DNA of 64,000 nt from a virus (IMGVR_UViG_3300022744_000028:5750-69749), one strand, 5' to 3'. Shown: positions 21,539 through 30,812, counted from the stretch's first letter. Numbers and translations are program-made. The notes: generated by a model not told the origin, from the sequence alone.

Positions 21539-21975
21539 GTAAAAGCTATAAGGGCAGCTTCCGTCCCAAGAACCCATCGAAGTATAGAGGCGATCCGTCT
21601 GGTATCATTTTCAGATCGTCATGGGAATTGAAGTTTATGATATACATTGATACTCACCCAGACGTATTGGAATGGTCGAGCGAGGAATTCTGCATCCCAT
21701 ACATATCACCACTAGACGGCCGAGTGCATCGTTATTTCCCGGATTTCTGGATTAAACAAAAGAATAGAGACGGAAACATAGAGACTCTCGTCGTTGAGAT
21801 TAAGCCCAAGAAGCAAACGCAACCACCTGCTGTTCAAAAAAGAAAAACAAAACAATACATCAATGAGGTTATGACGTGGGGTGTCAATTCCGCTAAATGG
21901 CAAGCAGCGGAAGAGTTTTGCCTCAAGAAGGCGTGGAAATTCCGCGTATTAACTGAACAGCACTTAGGAATATAA
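21535..21975 (+). CDS. gp4: head completion protein gp4 (TnsA-like nuclease fold)
   Basis: YKGSFRPKNPSKYRGDP..FRSSWELKFM..WSSEE..PY..HRYFPDF..EIKPKKQT motifs. Confidence 0.93.
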   Translation: MSKSYKGSFRPKNPSKYRGDPSGIIFRSSWELKFMIYIDTHPDVLEWSSEEFCIPYISPLDGRVHRYFPDFWIKQKNRDGNIETLVVEIKPKKQTQPPAVQKRKTKQYINEVMTWGVNSAKWQAAEEFCLKKAWKFRVLTEQHLGI

Positions 21976-22581
21976 ATGGCAGCCGTATTTGCAAATCTTC
22001 TGAAAAAGAATGTCGATGCATCGACCATTCCCACACGAACGAACGAAGCTCGTAAGTGGGTTCAGACAACTGCATCAGCAGCAATGAAGAATGCTAGGAA
22101 CGTAATCAAGGCAGCTCCAGCGGTTGTTCAAAAAGGCGCTCCATCAAACTCGATCATTGGACAGATGTTGCTTTTTCAATATCAAGCAACCACAGCTAAA
22201 GACCTTCCATATTGGGACAAGTATCCTCTCGTATTTCCGTTCCACGTCGACAGCACAGGGATGTGGGGGATCAATATGCACTACCTGCCTCATACTATGA
22301 GAGCAGCATTAATGGATCAGCTAATGACGGTCGCAACTGGCGACACGACGGATCCCAAGACTAAATTGAAGCTATCATACACGATACTACAAGGCGCTTC
22401 GAAGAACCGTTACTTCCAACCATGTGTGAAACACTACCTAAATAAGGGATTGGCGTCTAATATTGTACCAATCCCAGCAAACGAGTGGAGCATCGCTCTA
22501 TTCTTGCCATTGGAAAGATTCCAGAAAGCATCTGCATCGCAAGTTCACGAAGACAGCAAAAGAATCATTAGAAAGAGATAA
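21976..22581 (+). CDS. gp2: DNA end protector protein gp2
   Basis: LPYWDKYPLVFP..GINMHYLP..CVKHYL..FLPLERF motifs. Confidence 0.92.
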   Translation: MAAVFANLLKKNVDASTIPTRTNEARKWVQTTASAAMKNARNVIKAAPAVVQKGAPSNSIIGQMLLFQYQATTAKDLPYWDKYPLVFPFHVDSTGMWGINMHYLPHTMRAALMDQLMTVATGDTTDPKTKLKLSYTILQGASKNRYFQPCVKHYLNKGLASNIVPIPANEWSIALFLPLERFQKASASQVHEDSKRIIRKR

Positions 22582-23498
22582 TGGCATCCCTCAACGACCG
22601 CAACCAACAGATATTAGGCACACTAGGCCTACTGGGTGGTGCTGCCAACCAACTGTTTGGCCTCAAACAAACCACAGGCGAAAAGCGAGCTGACGAACCA
22701 TTTGCTAAAGCATCTGAAGGCGTTCGTGCCGGTGTCCGCAAGTGGGGTATTGAGAAACCAAACCTAACTTACGTTGGGCTGACTCCTCCTAGTCTATTTG
22801 GAAGCGTTGTTCCTGATGCAGGGGCATTGCTATCGCAGCTAATTACACTGCGTGCTGAGCGTGTTAACCAACCTGGCGTACAGCTAATGACATCAGCAGT
22901 TAGACGTCATGGCGTCGGGCCGTTAGAAAAGAAACCATACTCAGCAGCATTTAATGACGTCAGCATTTCCTTCATTGGAGATGCTCGTGGCATCATTCAC
23001 CAATACTTCTATGTGTGGATGAATGCTATCATTGGATTTGATCACATCCCACAAGCTGGCGTTGCGCTAGATTCATTCTATGGCAAACCATTCGAGCTTG
23101 GGTATCGCGATTCGTATAAAACTACAATCGACATCGTTACTTACGACGAAGTACAACAAAAGATTGGCGTCGTTAAGTTGTACAATGCATACCCTATATT
23201 CCTAGGCGAGATTCAGAGAGATTGGGCAAGTGTCAATGACCTAGTCCGCATCCCTGTAACATTTACATATTCACATTGGGCTTATGACGGTGCACTTGAA
23301 ATGCAGCTTCGCGAACCAAGCCGCCAAACGCTATCTTCGCAGAACGCATCGTTATTCGACAACATCATGCAAGGTGCGTCTGTCCTCCAAACAATTACAT
23401 CAGTCAAGAGTCCACGAAACGTCAACGATGTTCTCAATGTCGTGAACTCTGGATCTACATTATTGCGTTCTTTATTACCAAACCGACTTAACTATTAA
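22581..23498 (+). CDS. tail-tube-fold protein (gp54/gp19-like)
   Basis: VVKLYNAYPIFLGEI and VRIPVTFTYSHW tube-fold motifs; lies between gp2 and gp26. Confidence 0.75.
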   Translation: MASLNDRNQQILGTLGLLGGAANQLFGLKQTTGEKRADEPFAKASEGVRAGVRKWGIEKPNLTYVGLTPPSLFGSVVPDAGALLSQLITLRAERVNQPGVQLMTSAVRRHGVGPLEKKPYSAAFNDVSISFIGDARGIIHQYFYVWMNAIIGFDHIPQAGVALDSFYGKPFELGYRDSYKTTIDIVTYDEVQQKIGVVKLYNAYPIFLGEIQRDWASVNDLVRIPVTFTYSHWAYDGALEMQLREPSRQTLSSQNASLFDNIMQGASVLQTITSVKSPRNVNDVLNVVNSGSTLLRSLLPNRLNY

Positions 23499-23503
23499 CT
23501 GAG

Positions 23504-24217
23504 GTGAAAATGAGTCTTCCGAAAATTAATTATCCTATCTTTGAAGTTGTTATTCCATCATCAAAACAAAAAGTCAAGATGCGTCCATTCCTCGTCAAGG
23601 AAGAGAAGATCCTACTTACTGCGCAGACGACTGGCAACACCAGAGATGTTGTATTAGCGATCAAACAAGTCGTCAATAACTGCTTGCTAGACGACGTTGA
23701 TGTGGACAAACTAGCAACATTCGACTTAGAGTACTTGTTTATTAAGTTGCGTGGGCGCTCTATTAACAACATCATCGATGTTACATACAGAGATCCTGAT
23801 GATGAGCGAGACTACACACTACAAATCGATCTAGACAAAGTTGATATAGTTAATGATCCTGATCATAACTCTAATATCAAAATCAACGATCAGCTGGGAT
23901 TGGTACTGCGTTATCCTAAGACGGACATGCTTAAAGCAGTCGAGCAAGCATCATCAGAAGTTGACTTATATTTCGAAGTTATTAAGTATTGCATCGATAA
24001 AGTATACGACGAGAATGAAGTATACGACACAAAAGACTATACCGACGAAGAGCTTGTTGAATTCATAACGTCGCTTGACGTATCAACATTCAAGGAAATT
24101 CAAAAATTCCTGGAAACGATGCCAAAGCTGCACTATGAAACTTCCTACACAAACAGCAACGGCGTAGAAAAGAAAGTAGTTTTACAAAACCTCAATGATT
24201 TTTTTATATTGGGCTGA
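23504..24217 (+). CDS. gp26: baseplate hub assembly protein gp26
   Basis: KVKMRPFLVKEEKILL, LATFDLEYLFIKLRGRSI and C-terminal LNDFF motifs. Confidence 0.9.
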   Translation: MKMSLPKINYPIFEVVIPSSKQKVKMRPFLVKEEKILLTAQTTGNTRDVVLAIKQVVNNCLLDDVDVDKLATFDLEYLFIKLRGRSINNIIDVTYRDPDDERDYTLQIDLDKVDIVNDPDHNSNIKINDQLGLVLRYPKTDMLKAVEQASSEVDLYFEVIKYCIDKVYDENEVYDTKDYTDEELVEFITSLDVSTFKEIQKFLETMPKLHYETSYTNSNGVEKKVVLQNLNDFFILG

Positions 24218-24393
24218 GTCACAATACGATAAGCAACTACTATCAGTTGCTTTTTAATCTGGCTCAGCATCATCACTACTCTATCAGGGATTTTGAAGAG
24301 ATGATGCCATATGAACGAGACATATATGTTGATTTGTTGAAGGATTACTTAGAGCAAGAGACAGAACGGCTTAACCAAAAGAAACAAAAATAA
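24200..24393 (+). CDS. gp51: gp51-like ORF in the -1 frame relative to gp26, lacking its own ATG/GTG/TTG start before the conserved part
   Basis: Not in the ORF track. Reads FFYIGLSHNTISNYYQLLFNLAQHHHYSIRDFEEMMPYERDIYVDLLKDYLEQETERLNQKKQK*, matching the gp51 pattern SHN..NYY..HH.YS..E.MMP.ERDIY. An in-frame TGA lies immediately upstream of the T7 run. Confidence 0.8.
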
Positions 24394-24396
24394 CAA

Positions 24397-26685
24397 ATGG
24401 CCAATATACTAGACGCAGCAGCACAAGGAACAAGAAACACGGTAGCAGGAGCAGCTCGAACTGCTAAAGAAGCTGTGATGGATCAGTTCGACCCACGCAA
24501 ATCAATATATGGTTTGGGGTTAGGTGTTGGCCCGTTAATTAGACAAACTGTCCTCGAGTATAAAAAGCAGTCCGCCAAAGACAAGAAAGACGGCACACAG
24601 CAACAAAAAAAGCTAACCGAGATCAAGAAGACCGGCGATGCAGGCAACAAGTCACTACAGCGGACCGTGGCTCAGTTGAGTAGCATGAATTCCTTGTTGA
24701 AAGAGATTCATAAAATCAACATTGCACAGTTGCAGGCCCAAAGAAGCTTCAATAAAGGCCAACGCGGCAACATTAATCGTAGTGCGTTCCGTAATAGTAA
24801 TGATCCCACAGATCAGAAGATCATTAGCTCCAGCATGGTCGATCGCGACGACATCGTAGGAAAGAAAGCAGACCCTGGCGGCAATTCGCTTGAGGGTATC
24901 GGTACGCTCATTAAGATTGTAGCGGGCGGTCTTGCAGCTGGCGAAATCTGGAAGATGCTCCCTCCAGACATGAAGAAGGATGTACAGCAAGGTGCCAAAG
25001 CAATAGACGATGTAGTAATCAAAACTACCACCGACATGTGGAAGTCTGCGTTTGAGGCTGCACCAGTTACAACAGCATTAGGTACTATATTTTTAGCTAA
25101 AATTAGTGGCGTACTTGATGTAGCGTTAGCTGCTGCTCGCGTAGCTACTACGACAGGCAAGGCCGCATACAACGTTGGTAAGTTTATTACACAACCACTA
25201 CCATCAGCAACCACGGCTATCGAGACTTCGACGCGAGTGCCTACAGCACCGATAGCTCAGGCGCCCGGCATAGCCAATACTATTCGCAGAACGCTCGGCA
25301 TGGAACAGCAGCTTGTTAATGCGTCAAAGGAATCCGCCGACATTGGCACTAAGACGGGAATTAAGGCGGCCGCGCAAGAATATAAAGAGCTGGCTAAGAG
25401 CACTACTACTCAATACGCAAACGAAACATTTGCAAAGAGATATGGTGATCAAGGGTTGGAGGCAGTTAAGAATGTAGCGAACCCAGTAACACCAACTGCA
25501 GCCGCAACCGCAACAGAAGCAGCTAAGAGCGGAGAGGCTGCAGCAGCCACTGCTACTAGCACATCAAAGATTGCAGCAACGTTTGGTAAAGTGGTCGGCG
25601 TAGCATCAAAGGCCCTTGGCGTGTTGGGTGTAGCTGGGAGTGGTTATTCAGCTTACGAAAACTACAATGCTGGCAACAAAAAACTAGCTGCGTTAGATGC
25701 TATATCAGCTACCACTGGTGGACTAGCTTTGGCAGCTGGAGCAACTGGCATTGGAGCGCCGGTAGCAGCGGCACTTGGTGGCGTATCTCTAATCACTGGA
25801 TTGGCGTCAATGGTGGGTTCACGATTTGTGGACAATCAGTCAAGCAACGTCCAACCACAACAAGATACCGCCGGAAATAAAGCTGCGTCGAATGCATCTC
25901 AGCAAGAGATGAAGGCCGTAATCGAAGAAGTGTTTAGATCTAAAGGGTTCGGCGAAAACCAAATTAAAGCTGCGCAGATTGTTGCAGCAGCCGAGTCAGG
26001 ACTCAATCCATCCGCCCGCAATACAAGTGGAGGCGAAGACAGCGTCGGTCTCTTCCAATTGAATAGAAAAGGTGGCGAAGGCACACCATACACAGTCCAA
26101 CAACTTCTTGATCCTAAGTTTAACGCTGGTGTTGCAGCTGGCAAGATGTCAGGTAAACAAGGGGATGCGTTTAGAAACGCCAAGTCAGTTGAAGAAGCCG
26201 TTGCAGCACTTACGCGAGACTTTGAGCGTCCACATTTTGTAAAGGGTGGTAGCATAGTCGACGGCAAAGCATTCGCAGCATATGCTGCCCGAGGATCGAA
26301 TATCGTCGGTGGAAGTATAGACGGCACTGCACTGGCATCAGCTGCTACTGCGACCGGCACATCCTTAGCATCTTCTTCGGCCATACAAGCTACTGATCTT
26401 AAAAATATGGGTCTAGCTAGCGATCAGATTGCCGCTGTAACAGAGTTCCAAAAAGCGATTAAGGGATTTGAGGGTGGCGGAATGTTTGACTCAGATATCA
26501 ATAGCCTCATGCAAGCATTTGCTGCTGCAACATCAGCAGCACCCACTAACGCTGCTCCCTCAGGTGGCAGTAACAAGACACCTCCGTCCGTGCCTCCTGT
26601 TAGCATGTACAAAGAGAAACACTCTTTTGGACAAGCGAAAGCACCGTGGTATGCGTCAGGCGGATCGATCCCATCGTTCACATAA
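24397..26685 (+). CDS. tape-measure-like protein (gp29 position) with a C-terminal lysozyme-like domain
   Basis: Ala/Gly-rich helical body with hydrophobic segments; AAAESGLNPSARN..SVGLFQLN..FERP motif of phage tail lysozyme/SLT-like domains. Confidence 0.75.
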   Translation: MANILDAAAQGTRNTVAGAARTAKEAVMDQFDPRKSIYGLGLGVGPLIRQTVLEYKKQSAKDKKDGTQQQKKLTEIKKTGDAGNKSLQRTVAQLSSMNSLLKEIHKINIAQLQAQRSFNKGQRGNINRSAFRNSNDPTDQKIISSSMVDRDDIVGKKADPGGNSLEGIGTLIKIVAGGLAAGEIWKMLPPDMKKDVQQGAKAIDDVVIKTTTDMWKSAFEAAPVTTALGTIFLAKISGVLDVALAAARVATTTGKAAYNVGKFITQPLPSATTAIETSTRVPTAPIAQAPGIANTIRRTLGMEQQLVNASKESADIGTKTGIKAAAQEYKELAKSTTTQYANETFAKRYGDQGLEAVKNVANPVTPTAAATATEAAKSGEAAAATATSTSKIAATFGKVVGVASKALGVLGVAGSGYSAYENYNAGNKKLAALDAISATTGGLALAAGATGIGAPVAAALGGVSLITGLASMVGSRFVDNQSSNVQPQQDTAGNKAASNASQQEMKAVIEEVFRSKGFGENQIKAAQIVAAAESGLNPSARNTSGGEDSVGLFQLNRKGGEGTPYTVQQLLDPKFNAGVAAGKMSGKQGDAFRNAKSVEEAVAALTRDFERPHFVKGGSIVDGKAFAAYAARGSNIVGGSIDGTALASAATATGTSLASSSAIQATDLKNMGLASDQIAAVTEFQKAIKGFEGGGMFDSDINSLMQAFAAATSAAPTNAAPSGGSNKTPPSVPPVSMYKEKHSFGQAKAPWYASGGSIPSFT

Positions 26686-26687
26686 AG

Positions 26688-26716
26688 AAAAGGCCCCGAA
26701 AGGGGCCTTAATTTTT
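26688..26716. terminator. bidirectional intrinsic terminator
   Basis: AAGGCCCC-GAAA-GGGGCCTT with A-run and T-run flanks, between the convergent tape-measure and gp32 genes. Confidence 0.85.
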
Positions 26717-27650
26717 ACTCTTCAGCTAGTTTCTTGAAGAAGTCGAGCGATGCGTCGTCATCTTCGTCGACTGCTGCTGGTGCAGGTCTTGCTGCGGCAG
26801 TCTTAAATGCTGGAGCTGGAGCTGCTGCTGGCTCATCGTCCCATGGAGCTGTGGACGTCTGTGCAGACTCAGCTGTAGTACGTGGTTGAGCTGCACCACC
26901 ATCCAAACCAAGAGCACGGTTCATTCGTACCTTCAGTTCATCATATGACTTGAAGTTCTTTGGATCGATCAACTCAGCAAGTGAGTGCTCTTGTTTCCAA
27001 ACAGCTTCGAGGTCATCGTCATTATCGAACAAAGGAGCAGCTCCTTCAAATTCTGACTTATCAAAGTTGCGATATCCTTCGACTTTGCGGATCTTCAATT
27101 TGAAGTTTGCGCCTTCCCAAAGGTCAAATGGGTTGATCTTTTGCTCATCTTCGAACTCTGGGTTCATAGCGAGTTCGATCTTATCCCAAATCTTCTTGCC
27201 GTACTTGAACAAGAATACCTTACCTTCGTTTTCTGGATGAGCTGGATCCTTGACGACGTAGATGTTAGATGTGAAAGACAAGCGACGCTTGTAGTGCTTG
27301 CGGACGAGTTCTTTGTTAGCCTCAATGCCAGAGTTCCAGAGAACGCTGTTGTATTCACCCAATGGGTCTTTTTGGTTGAGGGTCGTCAGAGACTTCTCGA
27401 TGTACCAACCACCTGGGCCTTGGAAGCCGTGATCGAAGATACGGACGTATGGAAGATCTTCACCAGCAGGTGCTGGCAAGAAACGGATAATAGCGTAGCC
27501 GTTGCCAGCCTTGTCTACTTCTGGTTTCCAGAATTTGTCGTCGTCTTGGGAGTTGCCTTGGGCGGGTGCGTTCAGTTTCTGAACTTCTGATACCAACTTG
27601 TCTGTAAGAGACTTGCGGTTTGTTTTGAGGGCGCTGAAATCGATTGCCAT
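26715..27650 (-). CDS. gp32: single-stranded DNA-binding protein gp32
   Basis: FWKPEVDKAGNGYAIIRFLPAP, HGFQGPGGWYIEKSLTT, YGKKIWDKI and FDLWEGANFKLKI motifs, acidic C-terminal tail. Confidence 0.97.
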   Translation of the reverse strand: MAIDFSALKTNRKSLTDKLVSEVQKLNAPAQGNSQDDDKFWKPEVDKAGNGYAIIRFLPAPAGEDLPYVRIFDHGFQGPGGWYIEKSLTTLNQKDPLGEYNSVLWNSGIEANKELVRKHYKRRLSFTSNIYVVKDPAHPENEGKVFLFKYGKKIWDKIELAMNPEFEDEQKINPFDLWEGANFKLKIRKVEGYRNFDKSEFEGAAPLFDNDDDLEAVWKQEHSLAELIDPKNFKSYDELKVRMNRALGLDGGAAQPRTTAESAQTSTAPWDDEPAAAPAPAFKTAAARPAPAAVDEDDDASLDFFKKLAEE

Positions 27651-27749
27651 GTTGTATTTTCCTTGTATTACGGTGTATTAAATGTATAACGGTATATAAA
27701 CGTCGTGTATCACATAAGCATTATATGTCTAGTATATAGCTTCCCTTTA

Positions 27750-28331
27750 CTAGGTTTTAAACTTATTAACCACAATTATTCTCGTCTTTTGATTATCAAA
27801 AGGAACGAATGGCCGATACTTTTTTGTAAGCATCTTATACCTTGGCCACACAACGGGGTCGATGATATTTCGAGACCAATACTTAAAGAATCCACATAGG
27901 TCGTTTAAAATGACCAAGGTCTCTAGTGATATTGACTTTTGTATCACCAACTTCAGAAGGTAGGGGTGTTGTCCATCCTCCACCTTCAAGTTGTCATCGA
28001 AAGCAGGAAGCAAGTTATCGAGCTCGTTGGTAAAGTTATACGTCAAAGATTCCGTACGAGCCTTCCACTTTAGATAGTTGCTCTCTGCTTGTTGCTCGTT
28101 TGCAATGTCGCCGACCCAGATATCTGGGCCACCTTCGACAATGTTAGCGAGTATATAATTTTGGCAGTCCTTGTGTTTGGCAAGGACATTGAAGAAGTGC
28201 TTGTCATTTCGCTTCTCGAACGCTGCCAAGCTCGCTCGAGTCTTCCCACCATACTTAAAAAAGTCGTATGTTTGTGAATTGAAATGATTCTTCATCGCAA
28301 CGTACAATTTGTACGCTTCATAACCATTCAT
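27750..28331 (-). CDS. gp59: helicase loader gp59
   Basis: AYKLYVAMKNHF..YDFFKYGGK and ISLETLVILN motifs; adjacent to gp32. Confidence 0.92.
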   Translation of the reverse strand: MNGYEAYKLYVAMKNHFNSQTYDFFKYGGKTRASLAAFEKRNDKHFFNVLAKHKDCQNYILANIVEGGPDIWVGDIANEQQAESNYLKWKARTESLTYNFTNELDNLLPAFDDNLKVEDGQHPYLLKLVIQKSISLETLVILNDLCGFFKYWSRNIIDPVVWPRYKMLTKKYRPFVPFDNQKTRIIVVNKFKT

Positions 28332-28339
28332 AATGTAAT

Positions 28340-28579
28340 TTAAATAGGCAGCTTTGCCGTCTTCGGTAAGTATCCGTTATTCTCAGCGTCGTTTTTAATG
28401 CGCGCCTTCATCTTGGCGTTCTTACGAATCAGCTCAGCTGCAGTTTCTATCTCTAGTCCAGAGTTGGAGCAGTACCAGAGTACAGCATCCATATAATCTA
28501 AACGTTTTTCAACAGATATTTGTTCAATTTTTTGAAGAAAGTCTTGGACGTTGATGAGTTGATTGATTTGTTCTTCCAT
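28340..28579 (-). CDS. gp33: late transcription co-activator gp33
   Basis: FLQKIEQI...DYMDAVLWYC....EIETAAELI..KMKARIKNDAE..GYLP; start placed at MEEQ (28579). Confidence 0.85.
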   Translation of the reverse strand: MEEQINQLINVQDFLQKIEQISVEKRLDYMDAVLWYCSNSGLEIETAAELIRKNAKMKARIKNDAENNGYLPKTAKLPI

Positions 28580-28878
28580 TATTTGAATACCAATAGTCCG
28601 AGTAGCATGGCTTGGATGATGAACCCAACACCAATAGTAATAACATTCAGAGTGTCCTTTGTCAGCAGTGCTCGGATAAACATTAATACCAAGCCAGCCC
28701 ACATAAACGCTACCACATCAATTGAAGGTAGGTGATCAGACACTCCAAGCAACAAAGCGAGAATTGGAGGGATCGTACTACAATGGATCAGAATGATTGC
28801 CAGCCATCCGATCGTTTCGGATGAAATGTGACGTAGATGCTCAACAACAAAATGCTTGAGTGATTCGATTTTATCCAT
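28579..28878 (-). CDS. small membrane protein (three hydrophobic segments)
   Basis: Hydrophobic ORF coupled to gp33 and the hydrolase gene. Confidence 0.65.
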   Translation of the reverse strand: MDKIESLKHFVVEHLRHISSETIGWLAIILIHCSTIPPILALLLGVSDHLPSIDVVAFMWAGLVLMFIRALLTKDTLNVITIGVGFIIQAMLLGLLVFK

Positions 28879-29443
28879 TGCTCTTGTCCTTATAGAAAAT
28901 ATGTCGACCAATCTGCGTCACCTTCTCTTTGTTCCAACGAGGGTTGACGTAATCAGCATGATAATACAAAGCACCATCTAGTGTTTTTAGACGGAACCCT
29001 TCCAACATCACCATCTTAGCGACTTCTTCGCTTTCTTGGTACATCTTTGGATGTACCGTCTTCGTGCGGTATGTGTTTTCACACAACCACGAGAACTGGC
29101 AAACAATCTTATTATAGACTGTCGTTTTCTGATGAACAACACCGCAGACAGTATCTGGGAATTTACCGCTGTTCATCCTATTCATAGTAACTTGAGCAAC
29201 AGCAACTTTTCCTTCGAAAGGTTCTGAAGCAGCTTCCCAATAGATGTTGCGTGCGAGGCAAGTCAATTGAGTTTGGATTTCGCGTGCAGACTTATTGACG
29301 ACTGGAGCGATTTCATTTTCTACGCGATAGTTGATCGCATATTTTAACGCAGATGCTACGACAAACACACCGATTACAAAACAAATAGCTCTGACGAATT
29401 GTACTAACTGGTTACTCACAGCAGTTGAAGCTGTTGTATGCAT
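28871..29443 (-). CDS. SleB/Hydrolase_2-family cell wall hydrolase with an N-terminal membrane anchor
   Basis: CLARNIYWEAASE..GKVAVAQVTMNR..FPDTVCGVV..QFSW and YYHADYVNPRW..IGRHIFY motifs. Confidence 0.92.
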   Translation of the reverse strand: MHTTASTAVSNQLVQFVRAICFVIGVFVVASALKYAINYRVENEIAPVVNKSAREIQTQLTCLARNIYWEAASEPFEGKVAVAQVTMNRMNSGKFPDTVCGVVHQKTTVYNKIVCQFSWLCENTYRTKTVHPKMYQESEEVAKMVMLEGFRLKTLDGALYYHADYVNPRWNKEKVTQIGRHIFYKDKSNG

Positions 29444-29559
29444 TTTGCACCTCCATAGTTAAGACTCGTCTATTATACATCCATTCCATCAAAAAGTCGA
29501 CGGACAAAAGGACTGCATTACCGCAGGTGCGGTTCAACGAATCATGGGGTTAGCAAGCC

Positions 29560-29700
29560 TTATTTGGTTGGCTTGGGCTCGGGAGTCGAGCAGTAGGGGC
29601 ACGCTTTGCCTTTTTCTGTATACACATTCGAGCCTTCTTTGGCTTCGCATTTGTGCAACCAGAAATCGCGTGCTAGGGTTTCTTGAGGGATGAGCGACAT
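29560..29700 (-). CDS. small Cys/His protein (46 aa)
   Basis: Not in the ORF track: MSLIPQETLARDFWLHKCEAKEGSNVYTEKGKACPYCSTPEPKPTK*, with a GGAG RBS upstream. Confidence 0.55.
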   Translation of the reverse strand: MSLIPQETLARDFWLHKCEAKEGSNVYTEKGKACPYCSTPEPKPTK

Positions 29701-29745
29701 TAAATCTCCATCTATTTTAAGTACGTTGTATACTTATACAAACGT

Positions 29746-29771
29746 AAAAGCCGGGATATAATACCCGGCCC
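29746..29771 (-). terminator. intrinsic terminator
   Basis: GCCGGG-TATTATAT-CCCGGC followed by TTTT on the - strand, directly after the 68-aa ORF. Confidence 0.75.
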
Positions 29772-29776
29772 AGACA

Positions 29777-29983
29777 TTATGCCTTATCGACAAACGCCTT
29801 TAGCTTTTCAGCTTCCAACAGCAATTTGCTAGCGTCTGGAAATTCAGGCACTTCGTTGATTGCAGTGTTAGATATCGATGCGTTATGTGTCTTGATCTGG
29901 AGATCGTTGTAATAACGCTGGTTCATTTGATCTTGAGCGATCCTTAGCAAATCGAGACGAATCTCGTATGGTGTTTTGGACAT
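29777..29983 (-). CDS. hypothetical protein (68 aa)
   Basis: MSKTPYEIRLDLL..A start with an AGGAG RBS; terminator follows. Confidence 0.75.
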   Translation of the reverse strand: MSKTPYEIRLDLLRIAQDQMNQRYYNDLQIKTHNASISNTAINEVPEFPDASKLLLEAEKLKAFVDKA

Positions 29984-30077
29984 ATTATGTCTCCTATGTG
30001 TGTGTTAAAAAGCAGTTTCTTAGATGGTACTGCGAAACCATACAGGGCCTCTAATGGGCAACGTGTGTATTATATAG

Positions 30078-30698
30078 CTATACAACTTTATGGATGTTCT
30101 CGGCTTTCGTCATACCCCAGAACCTCGCTTTCCAGTTGTTACGCTCCATGCCGTCTAAAACATCCCACTCATGTTTGAGGTCGATTAGTCCATCTGCGAA
30201 TTCTTGCCAGTCGGTCGTAACGATGCGGTGCTCGTAGAACCCTTTGATCGTGCGTGCAGTAGACAGATCGTGAAAGTCTAGCTCTATGTGTAGCACTTCC
30301 ATGAAGTCGTCTCCCTTGAAATACTCAAGCGCAAAGTCAATTCCCCACTTGGGTTTGATCTTTGTATACTTTAAGAGGTATGGGAATTTGTCTGGAGTGG
30401 CAAATCGCTTGATCTGAGCCAACGCCTCTCCGCTATAACAGCATCTTGTGATTAGCATGCTGTGGTCGACGACAAAGTGTGGATCGTCGGCAATAATCCA
30501 TGGCGTTTGTGCTCCCCACACGCCATTAATGTAGTTGAGCTCTACGCCATTTGCCTTGTAGAATTCTTGTTCAAGTTTGCTTAACTGGAAGCCATCATTA
30601 TCAAAATATTGGATGTTCTCCCAAGTAAACAGACTATCATCTATCGGCTTGGTTAGAACTGCTGGACCGATAAATTCGGTATGTGCAACTCTAAGCAA
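30078..30698 (-). CDS. hypothetical protein (206 aa)
   Basis: Long ORF with an AAGGAG RBS; function not recognised. Confidence 0.75.
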   Translation of the reverse strand: MLRVAHTEFIGPAVLTKPIDDSLFTWENIQYFDNDGFQLSKLEQEFYKANGVELNYINGVWGAQTPWIIADDPHFVVDHSMLITRCCYSGEALAQIKRFATPDKFPYLLKYTKIKPKWGIDFALEYFKGDDFMEVLHIELDFHDLSTARTIKGFYEHRIVTTDWQEFADGLIDLKHEWDVLDGMERNNWKARFWGMTKAENIHKVV

Positions 30699-30715
30699 TG
30701 TGTACTCCTTAAATT

Positions 30716-30812
30716 AGTGGTGGGTTATTCTGTTACGAGGAAACCCACCGAAACCCTAGAGCCTATTCAATTAGGCTGCAATGCAAACTTCGAAGTTTGC
30801 ATTTACTAAATA
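30716..30812 (-). ncRNA. second tmRNA-like tag module (resume motif, tag ANFEVCIAA*, stop hairpin, terminal hairpin)
   Basis: On the - strand: AGTAAAT GCA AAC TTC GAA GTT TGC ATT GCA GCC TAA, hairpin AGCCTA/TAGGCT, then GGTGGGTT-TCCTCGTAACAGAAT-AACCCACC. Confidence 0.65.

Noticed and set aside
28580-28702. N-terminal extension of gp33
   Set aside because: It overlaps the upstream membrane-protein gene, and similarity begins at MEEQ.
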